A stretch of 64,000 bases of DNA from Bugula neritina (Eukaryota; Animalia; Bryozoa): positions 10,104,818 through 10,168,817 of the forward strand of contig OZ037772.1 of the NCBI GenBank assembly GCA_964035545.1. The letters are read 5' to 3'. The translations under genes and the position numbers were made by a program. Within the stretch, counting starts at the first letter, position 1; each line of letters opens with the position of its first letter. This document shows, in pieces, positions 25,601 to 39,500 of the stretch. Below the pieces are notes generated by a model. That model was not told where the DNA came from, ran no database searches, and saw nothing but the letters and a program-made list of their open reading frames with translations.

Positions 25601-27696
25601 CTATATTATAGTAGTCCCATTATTGGTCATTACCTGATAAATTTTCTACTTATATAATCTTTCGATGTTATTTACAGATAGAGAAACAATAAATACATAA
25701 ATTATATAAAGACACTGAAATATTACATAAAATTGCTACAGATCCAAACATCTACTATCCATACAGTACAACTAACCTCATGGCTTTGGTCTAACTTAGC
25801 CTCTATTCCTGTTCTGTGATTATACAGCTCACGGTATCTAGCCCCCACTTCTTCTACCATGAAGTTCACTGCTTGACTCTCAGTCTTTTCTCTCTTCTCC
25901 ACCAGTTCTTTCTCCAGTTTGTCATACTTCTGTTGAATAGCTGCTATCTAAATACATTCACATTAAATGTTAGACAAGTTAGAACAGTTTGAAGAGTGTC
26001 TGAGTGTATAACCATCTTGCATCTACCAAAAAAGTAGCTTATCTCAGATGATAATAGAAAAGTTATAAACAAACTCTCACAGCTTCTATATGATCTTTAT
26101 AATTATCAAATTTAAAAACCATGTAATAATCACCTGATCATCACGCTGTTTCCATAGCATCCCCAGTAACTTCTTGGTTTCAGCTCTAAACTCATCAATG
26201 TTTGCAGCTATCTGTTTGTTATAACCAGATAAGTTGTCTTCTCTTGTCTTTAACTTTGGGACTTCTACCAGCTGCATGGTTAAATCTTTCAATGTCAAGA
26301 GTGTATGCTGTGATGTACCTAAAATAATATATACAAAGTAATGTATAAGCTGTTGTGTACCTGAATCATGTAATATATATAGCAAGTAAACAGAAGAATA
26401 GACACTTACCATCATCACATACCCCAGCTGTAGGTACACACTGAGTACAGAGTAGTTTGAGACAGACTTTACAACCCAAAGTATACTCTACGTCTGCATG
26501 TGTCTCACACATTCTCTTCTTTAACTTAGCAGCGCGAGCTATATACTCTGTCATATTTATTCTAGAATGTTCCTCGGCCAGATTGTCATGGTCCTAAGAC
26601 AAATATATACAAAAGAGTTTGTGGCTTACTAACGATATTACATCTAAGATTGCATATAATATACATTATAATGGTCCTAATGTCATGATCATATAATGCC
26701 TAAAGTATATATGCAATAGTATACAATTTAAAAATATTTAAAGATATATTGTACAATCTATTACAATAAAAGCATGGATGTAAGAAATCAATTTTGAGAG
26801 TTATGTCTCCTTGATCATATTAACTATTATCTAATGTATAATAAACTACAGCATGCTGATCGATAAATGTTAGGAGGTAAAGACACAACACCAATTCATG
26901 TGAGCAAATGAGTGAAAACAAGTGAAAATAAATGAATGTTTTCGATTGATGAACCAAACCAAATATCGCCAACAATTTGTTGCAAAACCATTAAATTATT
27001 TCTCTGCAAAGTATCACCAAAATCTCAAGCTTTTAGTTTCAAAATATCAATTATAAGGATATATACACAGAAAACACGAAAAATAGTGTTAACTTACAAT
27101 GACATGTTTAGCACAGTACAGTTTGGAACAAACTAAGCAATACATCAGAGCAGGTGTATTATTTACTCCTGACTTTGTACAGACTTCACAGAGTGTAGAC
27201 TTGTCTATCTGTTTCATCTGGTCTGCTGTTGGTAACTTATCAGGTGTTGTATTGAACACTTGTCTGTAAAATAAATGATGGGCTTATTGTTGGTACATCA
27301 TTTACTATAGGCTATATAGTATATAAAGTAATTATATATAAAGGTTCAATGGGTGATGCTATCTGTTCTATAACCTGGTATAGCAATATATCAGCTGCAT
27401 ATGCAGGTACTACATAGCAGAAACACATATGTTATAGTAAATATAATATCATATTATTTATATTTATATGTATAAACATTATTATGAAATACATAATAAT
27501 ATGTCACGTATTATTATGTTATGCTATTATTCACCTACCTACACATTCCGCATTTAAGAGCGTTTAGCCTTCCATAGAATTCATTCAAACACTTGTCACA
27601 GTGTGGGTGAGTACAAGGTAATGCCTTACATTCCTCTAACTTGAGTTTAGATAAACAAATAGTACATCTCACCATTGGTTGTGGTTTAGATGCCAT
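22634..27696 (-). CDS. TRIM-like protein copy B, ~605 aa
   Basis: Exons 27696-27539, 27263-27098, 26593-26410, 26318-26134, 25947-25777, 24715-24604, 23637-22921 and 22758-22634; same phases as copy A, open frame. Confidence 0.9.
24093..24380 (+). mobile_element. tRNA-derived SINE with inverted 5' duplication, in copy B intron
   Basis: 10-bp TSD AGTGAAATAC (24083-24092 / 24381-24390), B-box GGATTCGAGCCC, and an empty site in copy D at ~49037. Confidence 0.8.
25301..25603. mobile_element. hAT-like MITE in copy B intron
   Basis: Ends TACCGGGTGTCAAAC / GTTGGACAGCCCTA with a near-identical 8-bp flank (cgTTATAG / taTTATAG). Shared with copy C, absent from D. Confidence 0.6.
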
Positions 27697-28290
27697 TTTG
27701 TTCTACAAATGTTAAAAAAAGTTGACACACTCATATATATATTCATATTGGCATACTCATCATAATAATAATCACAGTGATGAAGTTGAAAATAAACAAG
27801 TTTCTGCTATGGTTTAACTTATAGAACATAAAATATCATAACAAGTATAGTTCATGTTCCCAACCAACATGTTGGTTGCATGGTGAGGTATTATTTGATC
27901 TTTTTAGCTTTTTAACTTTTCAGACTCACTCCAAGTTTAGACTTTTTACAAAGCTCACTACTGCATAAATCTTTTTCTTGCAGTTTTCACTTTGATGTAT
28001 AGTTCTTTTTATAATTAGTGTTTTAAATGCATATTCAACCATAACTGACAATCCGTTCTTGCTCGCAAACCTAACTATAAAAGTTATGCTCTAGCAGTGC
28101 ATTAAAACACAAACTGTAACCCACACCTCTATTATAGTAGCTATAGCAAAACTGCAACAGTGGTGCTAGTTTTTTAGTAGTGACTGATAATCTTAACAAG
28201 TCAAAATCACAAGATATTATCTGTGAAACTTTTTGCACGTAAAGATTAACAATACCATGCAGTTGCTTCAACTAGAAATACAAAACTTAC

Positions 28291-28445
28291 CAGCACAATT
28301 AGCATTCACTTAGTTACTCTAGTTGGTTGATTCAAATTTGAGTTGAGTGAGTATAGATGACAGTTCAATTTGAAGGTAAATGTTCCCTACAAGTTTCCTC
28401 TACGAACTCGAAAGTGGAACTGATGGTTCAAGTGGAAACTGCTCT
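28291..28445 (-). promoter_or_regulatory. Possible non-coding exon 1/promoter of copy B
   Basis: Minus-strand donor CTG|GTAAGT at 28290; IRF-like GAAAGTGGAACT at 28410-28421 and GTGGAAACT just beyond it. Confidence 0.35.
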
Positions 28446-29919
28446 TCAGTGAAGCCTTGAAATAGTTAATGAGGGAGTTTTATTTCTCCCCTTCTTAGCC
28501 TTATCTGCTTTAAAGCTATGTCTAATGTTTACCAAGTGTGATAAAGGAGCACCTGGTATTTATGGTAGCTGTAAAATACACTTAAGTTGGTGATAACATT
28601 GCCATGCAAAGGGTTAGTGTGTTGAGATTGCTTTTAGAGCTGAGTAAATATACAAGGGTTCAGCTGCTGTTTGTCAGCATTAATGAAGCCATTATGCCTA
28701 CTTCATTGTAACAAAAAGCTTATTCAAAATGTAATGGTTGTAATTTAATTAGGCTATATAAAGCATAATTATAACAGAGATTACTAATAATTTTCAACGT
28801 TTTTCATCTTGATGTTAAAAACTATATACTGTAAGTTGAGCATTTAAGCGTATTCAACAATAACTGTGATTGCCGACAGTTGAATTTGTAACACATTTTT
28901 TCTAACGGTGTTCTTGAATATCATGAGTTAGCAACTATTTAAAAATTGATTCAACGAGATGCTTGATGTTTGGTCACCATGGTGCTTGTGTACTTTATTG
29001 TATTAACTATTCGCTTTCACACATGAAGCTTAAAAACAACATACAGAACTATTTAGAAATGCATAATTAATGCAAGAAAGTAAATCCTAAAAGGCACAAT
29101 TGTAAATTTGGAAAGTAGTGGTAACCAGGCACAGTGGCCATAGGGGGTACAAAAAGTCAATAGAAATGCAAGAGAAATTAGTTTATTTTAGTTTATAGTT
29201 TCTTTTAACATATATTGTCGTCATTGCTTGTATCTGCCTTAATTAACTAGTATATTATAATAGCAAGTTCGAAAGCAATTTTCATTCAGCATACCGTATA
29301 CATTTGTTTTTCAAGTTGGCCATGTGCATGGGGCACAACGGGCCACCTGTCCATATTCTACTCCCATCATTCTTATCATTTGGCTTGCCAAAAATTTTAA
29401 TTTGAGGGAATTTTATTTCTCCCTTATTTAGCCTTATCTGCTTTAAAGCCCTGCGTAATGTTTACCAAGTGTGATAAGAGTCATAATATGGCATTTATGA
29501 CTGTTATAAAATGCATGCAACTTGGTGATAAACCTGTGAATTGCGAAGGTCACATACTTTGTGCGTTGGGCTTCGGCAGCTGGGCGGCCCCCTGGACCCC
29601 CAGCCTGAGAGTATGGCCTAGAATATTTTTGCCGCTACATCCCCGGTCTCAAGTATTCATATCTTTAAATGAGTATGTATATTTCAACAGTTTATAACAC
29701 ATTGTTAATTTTGAGTAGAGAATAATTTAATGTTTTTAATACATAAACAATTATGAGGCTGCACGTCAAATATTGCTGCAGCTCTGTCAATCAAGGATTA
29801 TAGAAAATGCAAATAACTACTGGTAAGTATGTGATTGAATATAGGGCTGGGGGGGGAACCTGAGTTAACTTGACATAAATAATTACTTTATGTAAAATGA
29901 AGTTAATCTGATAACAATT

Positions 29920-29995
29920 TTCCGCAACTGGGATTCGAATCTGAAACTTCCGGCCTGCAAGTAAGTGTGCTAACCATTACACCACAGGGACCATT
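29920..29995 (-). mobile_element. tRNA-like SINE head / tRNA pseudogene
   Basis: Minus strand TGGTGTAATGGTTAGCAC...CTTGCAG...GATTCGAATCC has A and B boxes, but the stems are broken. Relatives occur at ~45300-45360, ~54410-54490 and ~54660-54740. Confidence 0.55.
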
Positions 29996-31019
29996 GGACT
30001 ACAGTTAACCAGCGTCAACATATATAACATAATCCAAGGTAACAATTATGAGGCCAGCCTCCTCGTGAATGAGTAATATATATTTCCAAAAACAACTCAT
30101 TAACATTAGCTCAAATACTTATACACTTGTAAACATAAAACAACTTTGCAATAAAATATTAAACATAGAACCCCCAATAAATTGAAAAAAGGTAACAATT
30201 CAAGTCTTTCACTCCAAAAAAGTCAGTGTCCTGAAGTCTTTCATCCTAAAGTTACAAAACTATATGCAAAAAGTTGAAAGTTTGTGTTTTCATCAAATTA
30301 ATGAAAGGCTGACAGTTTAGTTTGTAACCCAAGTTTAAAGAGTGGATCATTTGTTCATGTTTGACATTGGTATTCAGTACCCTTCTGAATATCCAATATA
30401 AACATATAGCAATATATTCTAAGATATACATATGTATGTTAAAAATTATGTGTAATTAAACTATGTTAACTTAACGACATTATGTATAATTACTAAAACA
30501 TGCAGTAAAATAAATCTTTCAGGATAAAATGCCTGGTATAAAAATTTCAAATCAATAAATCAAATAAGGTGCAACAGCCTTTGTAAAACGATGAGATTGT
30601 GTAAATTAGACTGTCCTGCAAATAGTATAACATTGTATATTATTTAGTATAATAGTATGACACATTGGTATACCATATTATGTATATAATGTCAACAGCT
30701 GCTTTATAATTTGATTTTCAGTTGATAAATAAACAAGTGGAGATAACTGGTAATATGTATACTCCTGGTTTACTACCATTGATTACATACAAATCAGTGA
30801 AATAGAATACAGTTTAGAATGTGACACAATAATACAATAGGCTATAGATCACAAATATAACACAGGACAATAAAATACAATGCAATATAACATAATATAT
30901 AACATGACGCAATTCAATATAACACCATATGCAAAGTGATACTACAAATACATAAAAGGGGAAATATTGCAACAAAAATTACTGACCCTTCTTAGAGTAT
31001 CCAGTCTATTAGTTCACTT

Positions 31020-31700
31020 TCACTTCAGCTGATAGAATTTAAATTGTCCCTTATATACAAGAGCTTACTGGAACTACTATAGAGTAGAGCCAATCCAGAT
31101 GAGGTATGTAGTTTTTTCAGTAGATGTCTTAGTTAGTAACTTCCCTATAATTATGAGCACAATTATTGTAAAATTCTAGGGAATAAATATTGTAAGTATG
31201 CGTATACCCTAAATCCACAGCTGAAAGCTACAAAACCAAGATTTAATAGTTTTTTTTATAAACAACCCATACCTAATTGCAGGAAACTGGAATATCCATG
31301 CAATTAAGGCGGAGTTATTAATTGACTCACTTTTTGTGTGTCCAATCAGAATAGTGGATCTCTTTTATAGGTTAATTATTAGCATTCATAGATCTTATTG
31401 TACATATAGAACCCAATTATTTGCCAACTACTGCGCATGATGTTGACTTTTTTCTATCAATACAAGATAATATGAATAATATGACTTTTTTTACTAGTAA
31501 AGCTCCCTCAAAGATCTTTATTATTCTATTGTTATAGTTTAGTATTACTAACATGTGACCATGCAGCTCCATTTAAAGTGAAGCTTGTATATTTTGAGTG
31601 AAAGTACATAAATATGTGGCTGATATCGATGTAGCATGCAGTGTTGACTATTAAAGACAGAACATGTCTTCTAATATTTCTATAACTATACTCAGATTGA
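31020..31700 (-). pseudogene. TRIM relic: promoter/exon-1 remnant joined almost directly to a decayed last exon
   Basis: 31144-31020 reads GKLLTKTSTEK...GSTL* with frameshifts and a FYQLK*-type end. 31205-31700 matches the A/C promoter (GGCGGAGTTATTAA, TGTGTGTCCAATCAGAAT). All internal coding exons are missing. Confidence 0.8.
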
Positions 31701-33598
31701 ATATAGTTCCTTCTCAGTTCTCACTGCTTAAACAGCTCTGACCGACACTATTATAAGATAACTCCTCACAGTATATACAACTCTAATTAATAGTAACTAT
31801 ATTATGCTTTGTACAATGTTTAGGATATAGTAGAGATGGAAGGTTACAAGAGGCACACAAAAAGTTATACTAAAGCATTAAATTTTATATCATATGGTCT
31901 GAAATATAATATAACATGTCAGTTTGATTGTTGCTGCTGCATGGAATTCAGTTTGAGTTTGTAGAAATGTTTAAAGAGTTTTGGTGAACAGAATGTGATG
32001 GTTGACAGAACTTTATCTAAACTTGTTTCTTTTGTAAAGCAGACACTGTTTTGGCTTCATCTCTGCTTTTATGTATTATATAACATTCAAATTATAAGTA
32101 ACGATCCCTTACTGAAAAAGAATAATATCTCTGTATGTCAATACTTTGTAGATAGAAATTGTTTGCTTTTTCACCAAATGAAGGGTAGTTCAAGTTTGTA
32201 GAAATATCATATCTTTTGTAGAATAAGCTTTTTAGTAAGTTTTAATTCTAGCTTATAATAGCACTTAATAGTAAGCTGTATAATAAGCTGGAGAAGAGAA
32301 AGCAGTTTAGCTGCACTCAAACTATTAGTGGCAATAATCTTTAGAAAAAAAGCTAGTCATTTGCATTATGACCTTTTCCACATTGTTTTATAAAGAGGAA
32401 TTTTTTCAGAGTAATAGAAACAGTTTATACTAAATAAAAATTGACTGTTTATGAACTACTAACTAATTCCTATTTGTAACATGTCCAATGGATGTGTGCT
32501 ATTTTATAGAAGGTGATAATAAAAAATATTAAAGGATATTCAAAGTAAAACTGGATAAAATTTTGGATTTCTCTTTATTAGACAAAGAATCAATTGCTAA
32601 TCATAAAAAGTAATCTTATCTTTATCAAAGGAACTGCTTATTGTAAAGGAATAATGTGCTATTTCTTGTTATAATGATAATAACTCCATACAATAATTGA
32701 AAACAGCTTCACAGCATGTCACATCTCGATCTCCAACACAGCAATCTGTTCGTATTAATAAGGAAATCTGATGCATTAGTAATTTCTAAAACAGCAAACA
32801 TAGACACAAATAATTGGGCTTGATATAATTGCAAATAACAAAAGTTTAGTCAACATAGAAAATAATAGGAAATTGAGTGAAAATTTTGCAAATTTAAAGT
32901 ACATAATATATATGTAGCCACCACCAATAAGATTATTATATAAAGTTTACATATTTGTAGAAATAGATTGTGTATAATTGATATAACGCGCAATAACCTG
33001 GATTTTCCGGTATATAATGCACCAGTACAAGAACTTGAGTGATAATGATTGAATTGAAAATAGTGCTTGTAAAATTTTTGACGGATCACGTGGTTATAGC
33101 CTGTCTAGTAGTCCGCTGTAAAGTAGGAAGTTAAACATGCAGACGTCTATAGTGAAGTGAACTGACTTAGTTGACTGATTAAAGCAGTGACGTACTGGGA
33201 AGGTAACTCCTTATGTAAGACTCAACATGTTGTGTTCTACAAAGCATAGCAGAGATGTCTAGTATATACAATATCCACCATGTTATAATAACATAATACT
33301 ATGAGACATTAGTATATACACAGTATTATAAACAGTTGCTTTATAATTTAATTATTGATTGATAAGTATAATCAGGGGAGATAACTGGTAATAATGTGTC
33401 CACTACTATATAGGTAACCGACAATATTATTATAAGACTATAAAAATTCATAATATTTCTATGCAATAAAATGCAATACAACACACAATATTATATAAGA
33501 AGATGTAAAACTAATCAATACAAAGCAGCATTAGAAACATGAATTAGAGAAGCACTCGAAACAACATTTACTGACCTTTACTTGAGAATCCCACTCTA

Positions 33599-36500
33599 TC
33601 AGTTCACTTTTAGCTGATAGAACTTGACTTGTCCATTAAAAGAGTATACTGGAACTACTAGAGTAGAGCCAGTGACGTGTAGATCAGGTATGTAACTCTT
33701 TATAGTAGATATCCTGGTTAGTAACTTGCCTGTAGAGATAAAATTCATAATGTTCTTTTTTAGGAATCAAAGATAATATTAAAAGAGTGCAGTTTATTTG
33801 TAGGAAATATATAAATATGAATGAACTCATTTCATCAAATAACAATGCAGGTATATTGTAAACTATGTGTATGCTACACAGTAACCAACCTGTATGTAAT
33901 GACAGTACACAGAGTGTGGTAGGTTTAGTATCATCAGCCACAAGTACAAACTCATCTCTATAGCAGGTTACTCCATAAGGTATAGCCAAATCCTTACACT
34001 GCCAGATGATGTCACCTGATGAGGTGTCTACTTTATATACTAGAGATGAGTGACGCTGAGATATAATAATTGTGTTATTTTCTGCAGCAGACAGACATAC
34101 AGCAGTATCAGTGAGTAGAGGACAGGGTAGAGTGTTTACTACTTCTCCAGTCAGAGAGTAAAATACTAAAGTCTTATTCAGCCTGTCAGGAATAGCTATC
34201 TGATTGTTTATGATGGCAAGCCGATTCATGCTATCCGACTTCTCTGTATGTGTCCAGCTGTTAATGAACTTTCCTTCAAGGTCATGAACTCTTACAGTTG
34301 AATCAGAAGACAGAGTAAATATCCTATCATTATGTACTGAGATACTATCCACACTGCTACCCTTAATAGAGATGAATGATTTAGTTACTTTGTTGTTCTC
34401 ATCTATCCTGTCTACACCTTCACTACACCCAGCATATGTGACACCTTTATAGGTGTAAACAGAATAGCAGTATCGAGAAACTTTAACAGTGCTTATCAGT
34501 TCTATAGACTTGGGTGGTGGAGGTGAGACAACCAGTCCTTGTTCAGGAGTTATCCTTGCTCTCTTTTCATTGGTCAACTCAATCTCTGTATTTCTTTTCT
34601 CTTCTGTAATAAAATATTGACATGCATGACAAGGTAATATAATATAAAACAGCTGATACATCAGAAAAACTAGCAGATATGTACACATATACATGTATAT
34701 TTTGGTGCATCACTACACAAACAGCAGTGCTATAGCAGCACTGCAATGACCGTGCACTTTTCATTTAAAAAAATAATATTACAATTTTGCTTTCCGTACC
34801 AGACTATTTTTATGGGAATCAACTATTAAAAAAATTTAAAAAGTCAGCAGCTGCCTTCATGTCAACAAAATATTAAAATCAATTCTAATGATATTCTATT
34901 TAGTGATATACTACTATATTAAATTAGGTTATTTTCATCAAAAACTTGTAATAGTATTCTCCAAGAGTAAGCACAGTTATTGCACAAGTGTGTAAATCTA
35001 TAGAATAGTTGAGAGAAGCTTACAGATTGGGGGAGATGTAGGCCACTTCCTCCTCAGTGTAAATTAAATACTAAAGATTCCCACTAACATTATTTACTTC
35101 AAAACTTGGTGTAATAGTATATTGTAGGGATGTAGTGTGGCAATAGTATAAACCCAGTTTTGGAAAATATCATTATATAGTAATGCTTTCATCATGTTAA
35201 ATTAAACTATTATGTATAATGTATTTTTATAAGACAAATATATAAAGTGAAATACTAGTCAAACGCGCTAACTCCTAAACTGAGGCTGCTCCTAAAAATA
35301 TATGTCCTCGCTTAGGGCATATTTCTGAGAGCAGCTGGAGTCTATGAGTTAGATCGATTGCTCAGTAAGCACAAAGTCAAGGATTCGAGCCCGGGCAAAG
35401 GCTATTGGTGATGTTAGAAAGAGCATCCAGTCATAATTGCTCTTGTTCCTCATTTAAATAAGTCCTTAGCCCTCTTTAACAAAAACCTCAAAAGTTTCTC
35501 ACAGGGATGGTGACTATAGACTTGCAAGAGTTTATTTATATTGAGTGAAATACCAAACGAAGGAAATGTAACAGTTAGCAACATATAACTTACATACATA
35601 ATATATATATACCCGAAATCTAAAGGTCAAAATATACTTCCGTGATGATGTTATTTAAATACGACAAGACATAACAAAATGTCATAAAATGACCATTTAT
35701 TATAGTTCTATTCAATATGTTGTTTTAAATAATTTTGCATGGATAACATATGAAACCAACTTTTGATTTTAACTGATGTTACAAAATCAAAATCCATTAA
35801 CTTAGGAATCTCTTCTGTCAACAGTCTATCAATCTCCTTCTTCATATCACGGTATGACTTGATGATGTCAACCTAACAATATTGAATATACAGACAATGT
35901 GACACTGTGTAGCAGGTGCTTGGGAGTTGTTTGCTTATATTATCGAGCATGTCAGGGTTGAGTATGGACAATGAGATCAACAACAATGCTACATTTGACA
36001 CCAACAAAATAATCTAAAAAGCGGCATTGCAATGCAAAACATTGAAGGATAGAGATTGCAATGCAGTATAAGGGAAACAGACTTCTACAAACTAATGGGT
36101 GAAGTTTAAGCTATTAAACTGTACCCTAAGAAAGCACAAATTTCAAGTTTGACAGTGTGCTATATGGTATTAAATACAGCATCCTAATATAGTATTATAA
36201 AATATTATCCTATAGTATATTGTGAAGTGTCCTATATACGATTATACACTATACTGTATCATATGGTATTAACTATTATACTGCAGTATCCTATACAGTA
36301 GTTTACAGTACTCTATGGTATTATACAGTAACGTATAGTATTATATAATGTTCTATAGTACTATATACAGTATCCTATGATATTATAAGTATTAATTATG
36401 GTATTATTGTATTATACAGTATCCTACGGTATTATGATACGGTGTCATATAGCATTATAGTACCGGGTGTCAAACCTTTTCAGACCGAGGGCAAATGAAG

Positions 36501-39500
36501 TGAAATATTCTAATGACAACGACCAGTCTGTTAAACTTAGCTTGAACTGTGAACACAGTGACAGTATTTTCTTAATTGCTTCATTCAAAATTCTTATAAA
36601 TTGTTACACAATGAAGTCCTGTTAACTAATACAGGCTGTATGTTTTAGCAATGTATACAAAAAGGCATTTAATTAAGGGTGTTTTTCCACTTTAATTAGT
36701 ATATCTGAGCAAAAAACTTTGCTTTATGTCTTTGAGGGTGGCATAAATGTTGGACAGCCCTATATTATAGTAGTCCCATTACTGGTCATTACCTGATCCA
36801 TTTTCTACTTATATAATCTTTAGATGTTATTTACAGATAGAGAAACAAGAAATATATAAATTATATAAAGACACTGAAATATTGCATAAAACTGCTACAG
36901 ATCCTAACATCTACTATATATGCTCTGCAACTAACCTCATGACTTTGGTCTAACTTAGCCTCTATTCCTGTTCTGTGATTATACAGCTCACGGTATCTAA
37001 CCCCCACTTCCTCTACCATGAAGTTCACTGCTTGACTCTCAGTCTTTTCTCTCTTCTCCACCAATTCTTTCTCCAGTTCGTCATACTTCTGTTGAATAGC
37101 TGCTATCTAAACACATTCACATTAAATGTTAGACAGGATAGAATAGTTTGAGGAGTGTCTGAGTGTATAACCATCTTGCATTTATCAAAAAAGTAGCTTA
37201 TCTTAGATAAATATCAAAAAGCTATAAACAAACTCTCACAGTTTCCATATGATTTTTATATTTATCAAATTTAAAAACCATGTAACAATCACCTGATCAT
37301 CACGCTGTTTACATAGCATCCCCAGTAGCTTCTTGGTTTCAGTTCGAAACTCATCAATGTTAGCAGCTATCTGTTTGTAATAACCAGATAAGTTGTCTTC
37401 TCTTGTCTTCAACTTTGAGACTTCCACCAGCTGCATTGTTAAATCTTTCAATGTCAAGAGTGTATGCTGTGATGTACCTGAAGTAATATATACAAAGTAA
37501 TGTATAAGCTGTAGTGTACCTGAAACATGTAATATATATAGCAAGTAAACAGAAGAATAGACACTTACCATCGTCACATACACCAGCTGTAGGTACACAC
37601 TGAGTACAGAGTAGTTTGAGACAGACTTTACAACCCAAAGTATACTCTACGTCTGCATGTGTCTCACACATTCTCCTCTCTAACTTAGCAGCGCGAGCTA
37701 TATACTCTGTCATATTTATTCTAGAATGTTCCTCGGCCAGATTGTCATGGTCCTAAGACAAATATATACAAAAGAGTTTGTGGCTTACTAACGATATTAC
37801 ATCTACGATTGCATATAATATACATTATAATGGTCCTAATGTCATGATCATATAATGCTGAAAGCATATATGCAATAGTATATGGTTTAATAATATTTAA
37901 AGATATATTGTACAATCTATTACAATAAAAGCTTGAATTTAAAAAGTCAATCTTAAGAGTTATGTCTCCTTGATCATAATAACTTTTATCTAATGTATAA
38001 TAAACTACAGTATGCTGTGTGCTGATCAATATAGATGAGCAAATGAGTGAAAACAAGTGAACGAATGATGAACGAATCAAATATCGCAAAAGAATTGTTG
38101 TGAAACCATTAAAATCTTTCTCTGAAAAGTATCACCAAAATCTCAGGCTTTTAATTTCAAAATATCACATATAAAGATATACACACAGAAAACACAATAA
38201 ATAGTGTTAACTTACAATGACATGTTTAGCACAGTAGAGTTTGGAACAAACTAAACAATACATCAGAGCAGGTGTGTTATTCACTCCTGACTTTGTACAG
38301 ACTTCACAGAGTATAGACTTATCTATCTTTTTCATCTGGTCTCCTGTTGGTAACTTATCAGGTGTTGTATTGAACACTTGTCTGTATTATAAATGGTGAA
38401 TACATGCAACATTATCTGCTGTAGGCTATAAAGTTTGTTACGATACAATGATACAACAAGGTATAGTTAAATACCAACTGTTGCTAGTTTTATTATTGCT
38501 AAATTAAAATCCTGCTTTTCTTAAAATACCTTCCCTTTTGTTTACAGTTTCTTTTAATTAGACCTATGTAAAACCCGTTACACACAACTTATAGGGCAAC
38601 ACTAAAAGCTAGACCACGGTTGCTCCTGTGTGTTGCAACTTGCAGCTATAGCAGCTAAAGATAGCATGCAATGAAATCATACAATTAATATTCAACAATC
38701 ATTCTAAAATGCCACTAGCCTATTATAACCCGTTATAAGTTTTATCAACAAGCAATCACAAATTTCAAATTAATTCAAAGTTGTTCAAATATTCTGTAGA
38801 GTACAGCTGAGATATATTTGAATATTTCAACATATTATGGCATAAACGATGTGCCATAAATTCTGTAAGAAGAGAATATTATAATGCTGGCTCTTTACAT
38901 ATCAACAGTACGCAATAACTTTTGATTATGCATAGGGAGAACAATGTTTCCATCAACAAGCCACTGTAGAACAACTATATAGATCTGAAGACTGAACAAA
39001 CATTTCTCAAAGTCTTTTGAAAATACCTTTTACTAGCTCCTATTTTACACATCTCAAAATATCAAATGACATGCAACTTTTAGTAATATTGACGCTGTGA
39101 TATTCTATGGATGATGTAAACTTGCATTAAACATGTCATAGTAAAATGGAATCGATGGGGAGTGCTTTGATTAAACACATTTAGCAGTCAGTCTTAGCTT
39201 TGCATAACATTTATTATTGTGACAAATTATTCTGATAAAATCTATTTGACTCTATATACACAATTACTGAATCAGGGTTTTATTGTATATGTTATTCACA
39301 AACACAAAAGAGTAAAAACTCAAATATTTCCATTGAACAAATAACAATATAGTCTAGAAGTAACCTCCCAAAAAGTGCTCAAAAAATTGGCTTATTACAC
39401 TTTACTAGGTGGCCACTCAAAAAAAGTTGTTTCTAGATCAAAATTTTGCGCTGATTCTGAATCTACAAACTCTAGAACTCTATCTCTACCCAAACTCAAG

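Noticed and set aside
29920-29995. Functional tRNA-Ala(TGC) gene, also considered at ~54410-54740 and ~45300
   Set aside because: Acceptor and anticodon stems do not pair; dispersed divergent copies fit a SINE or pseudogene better
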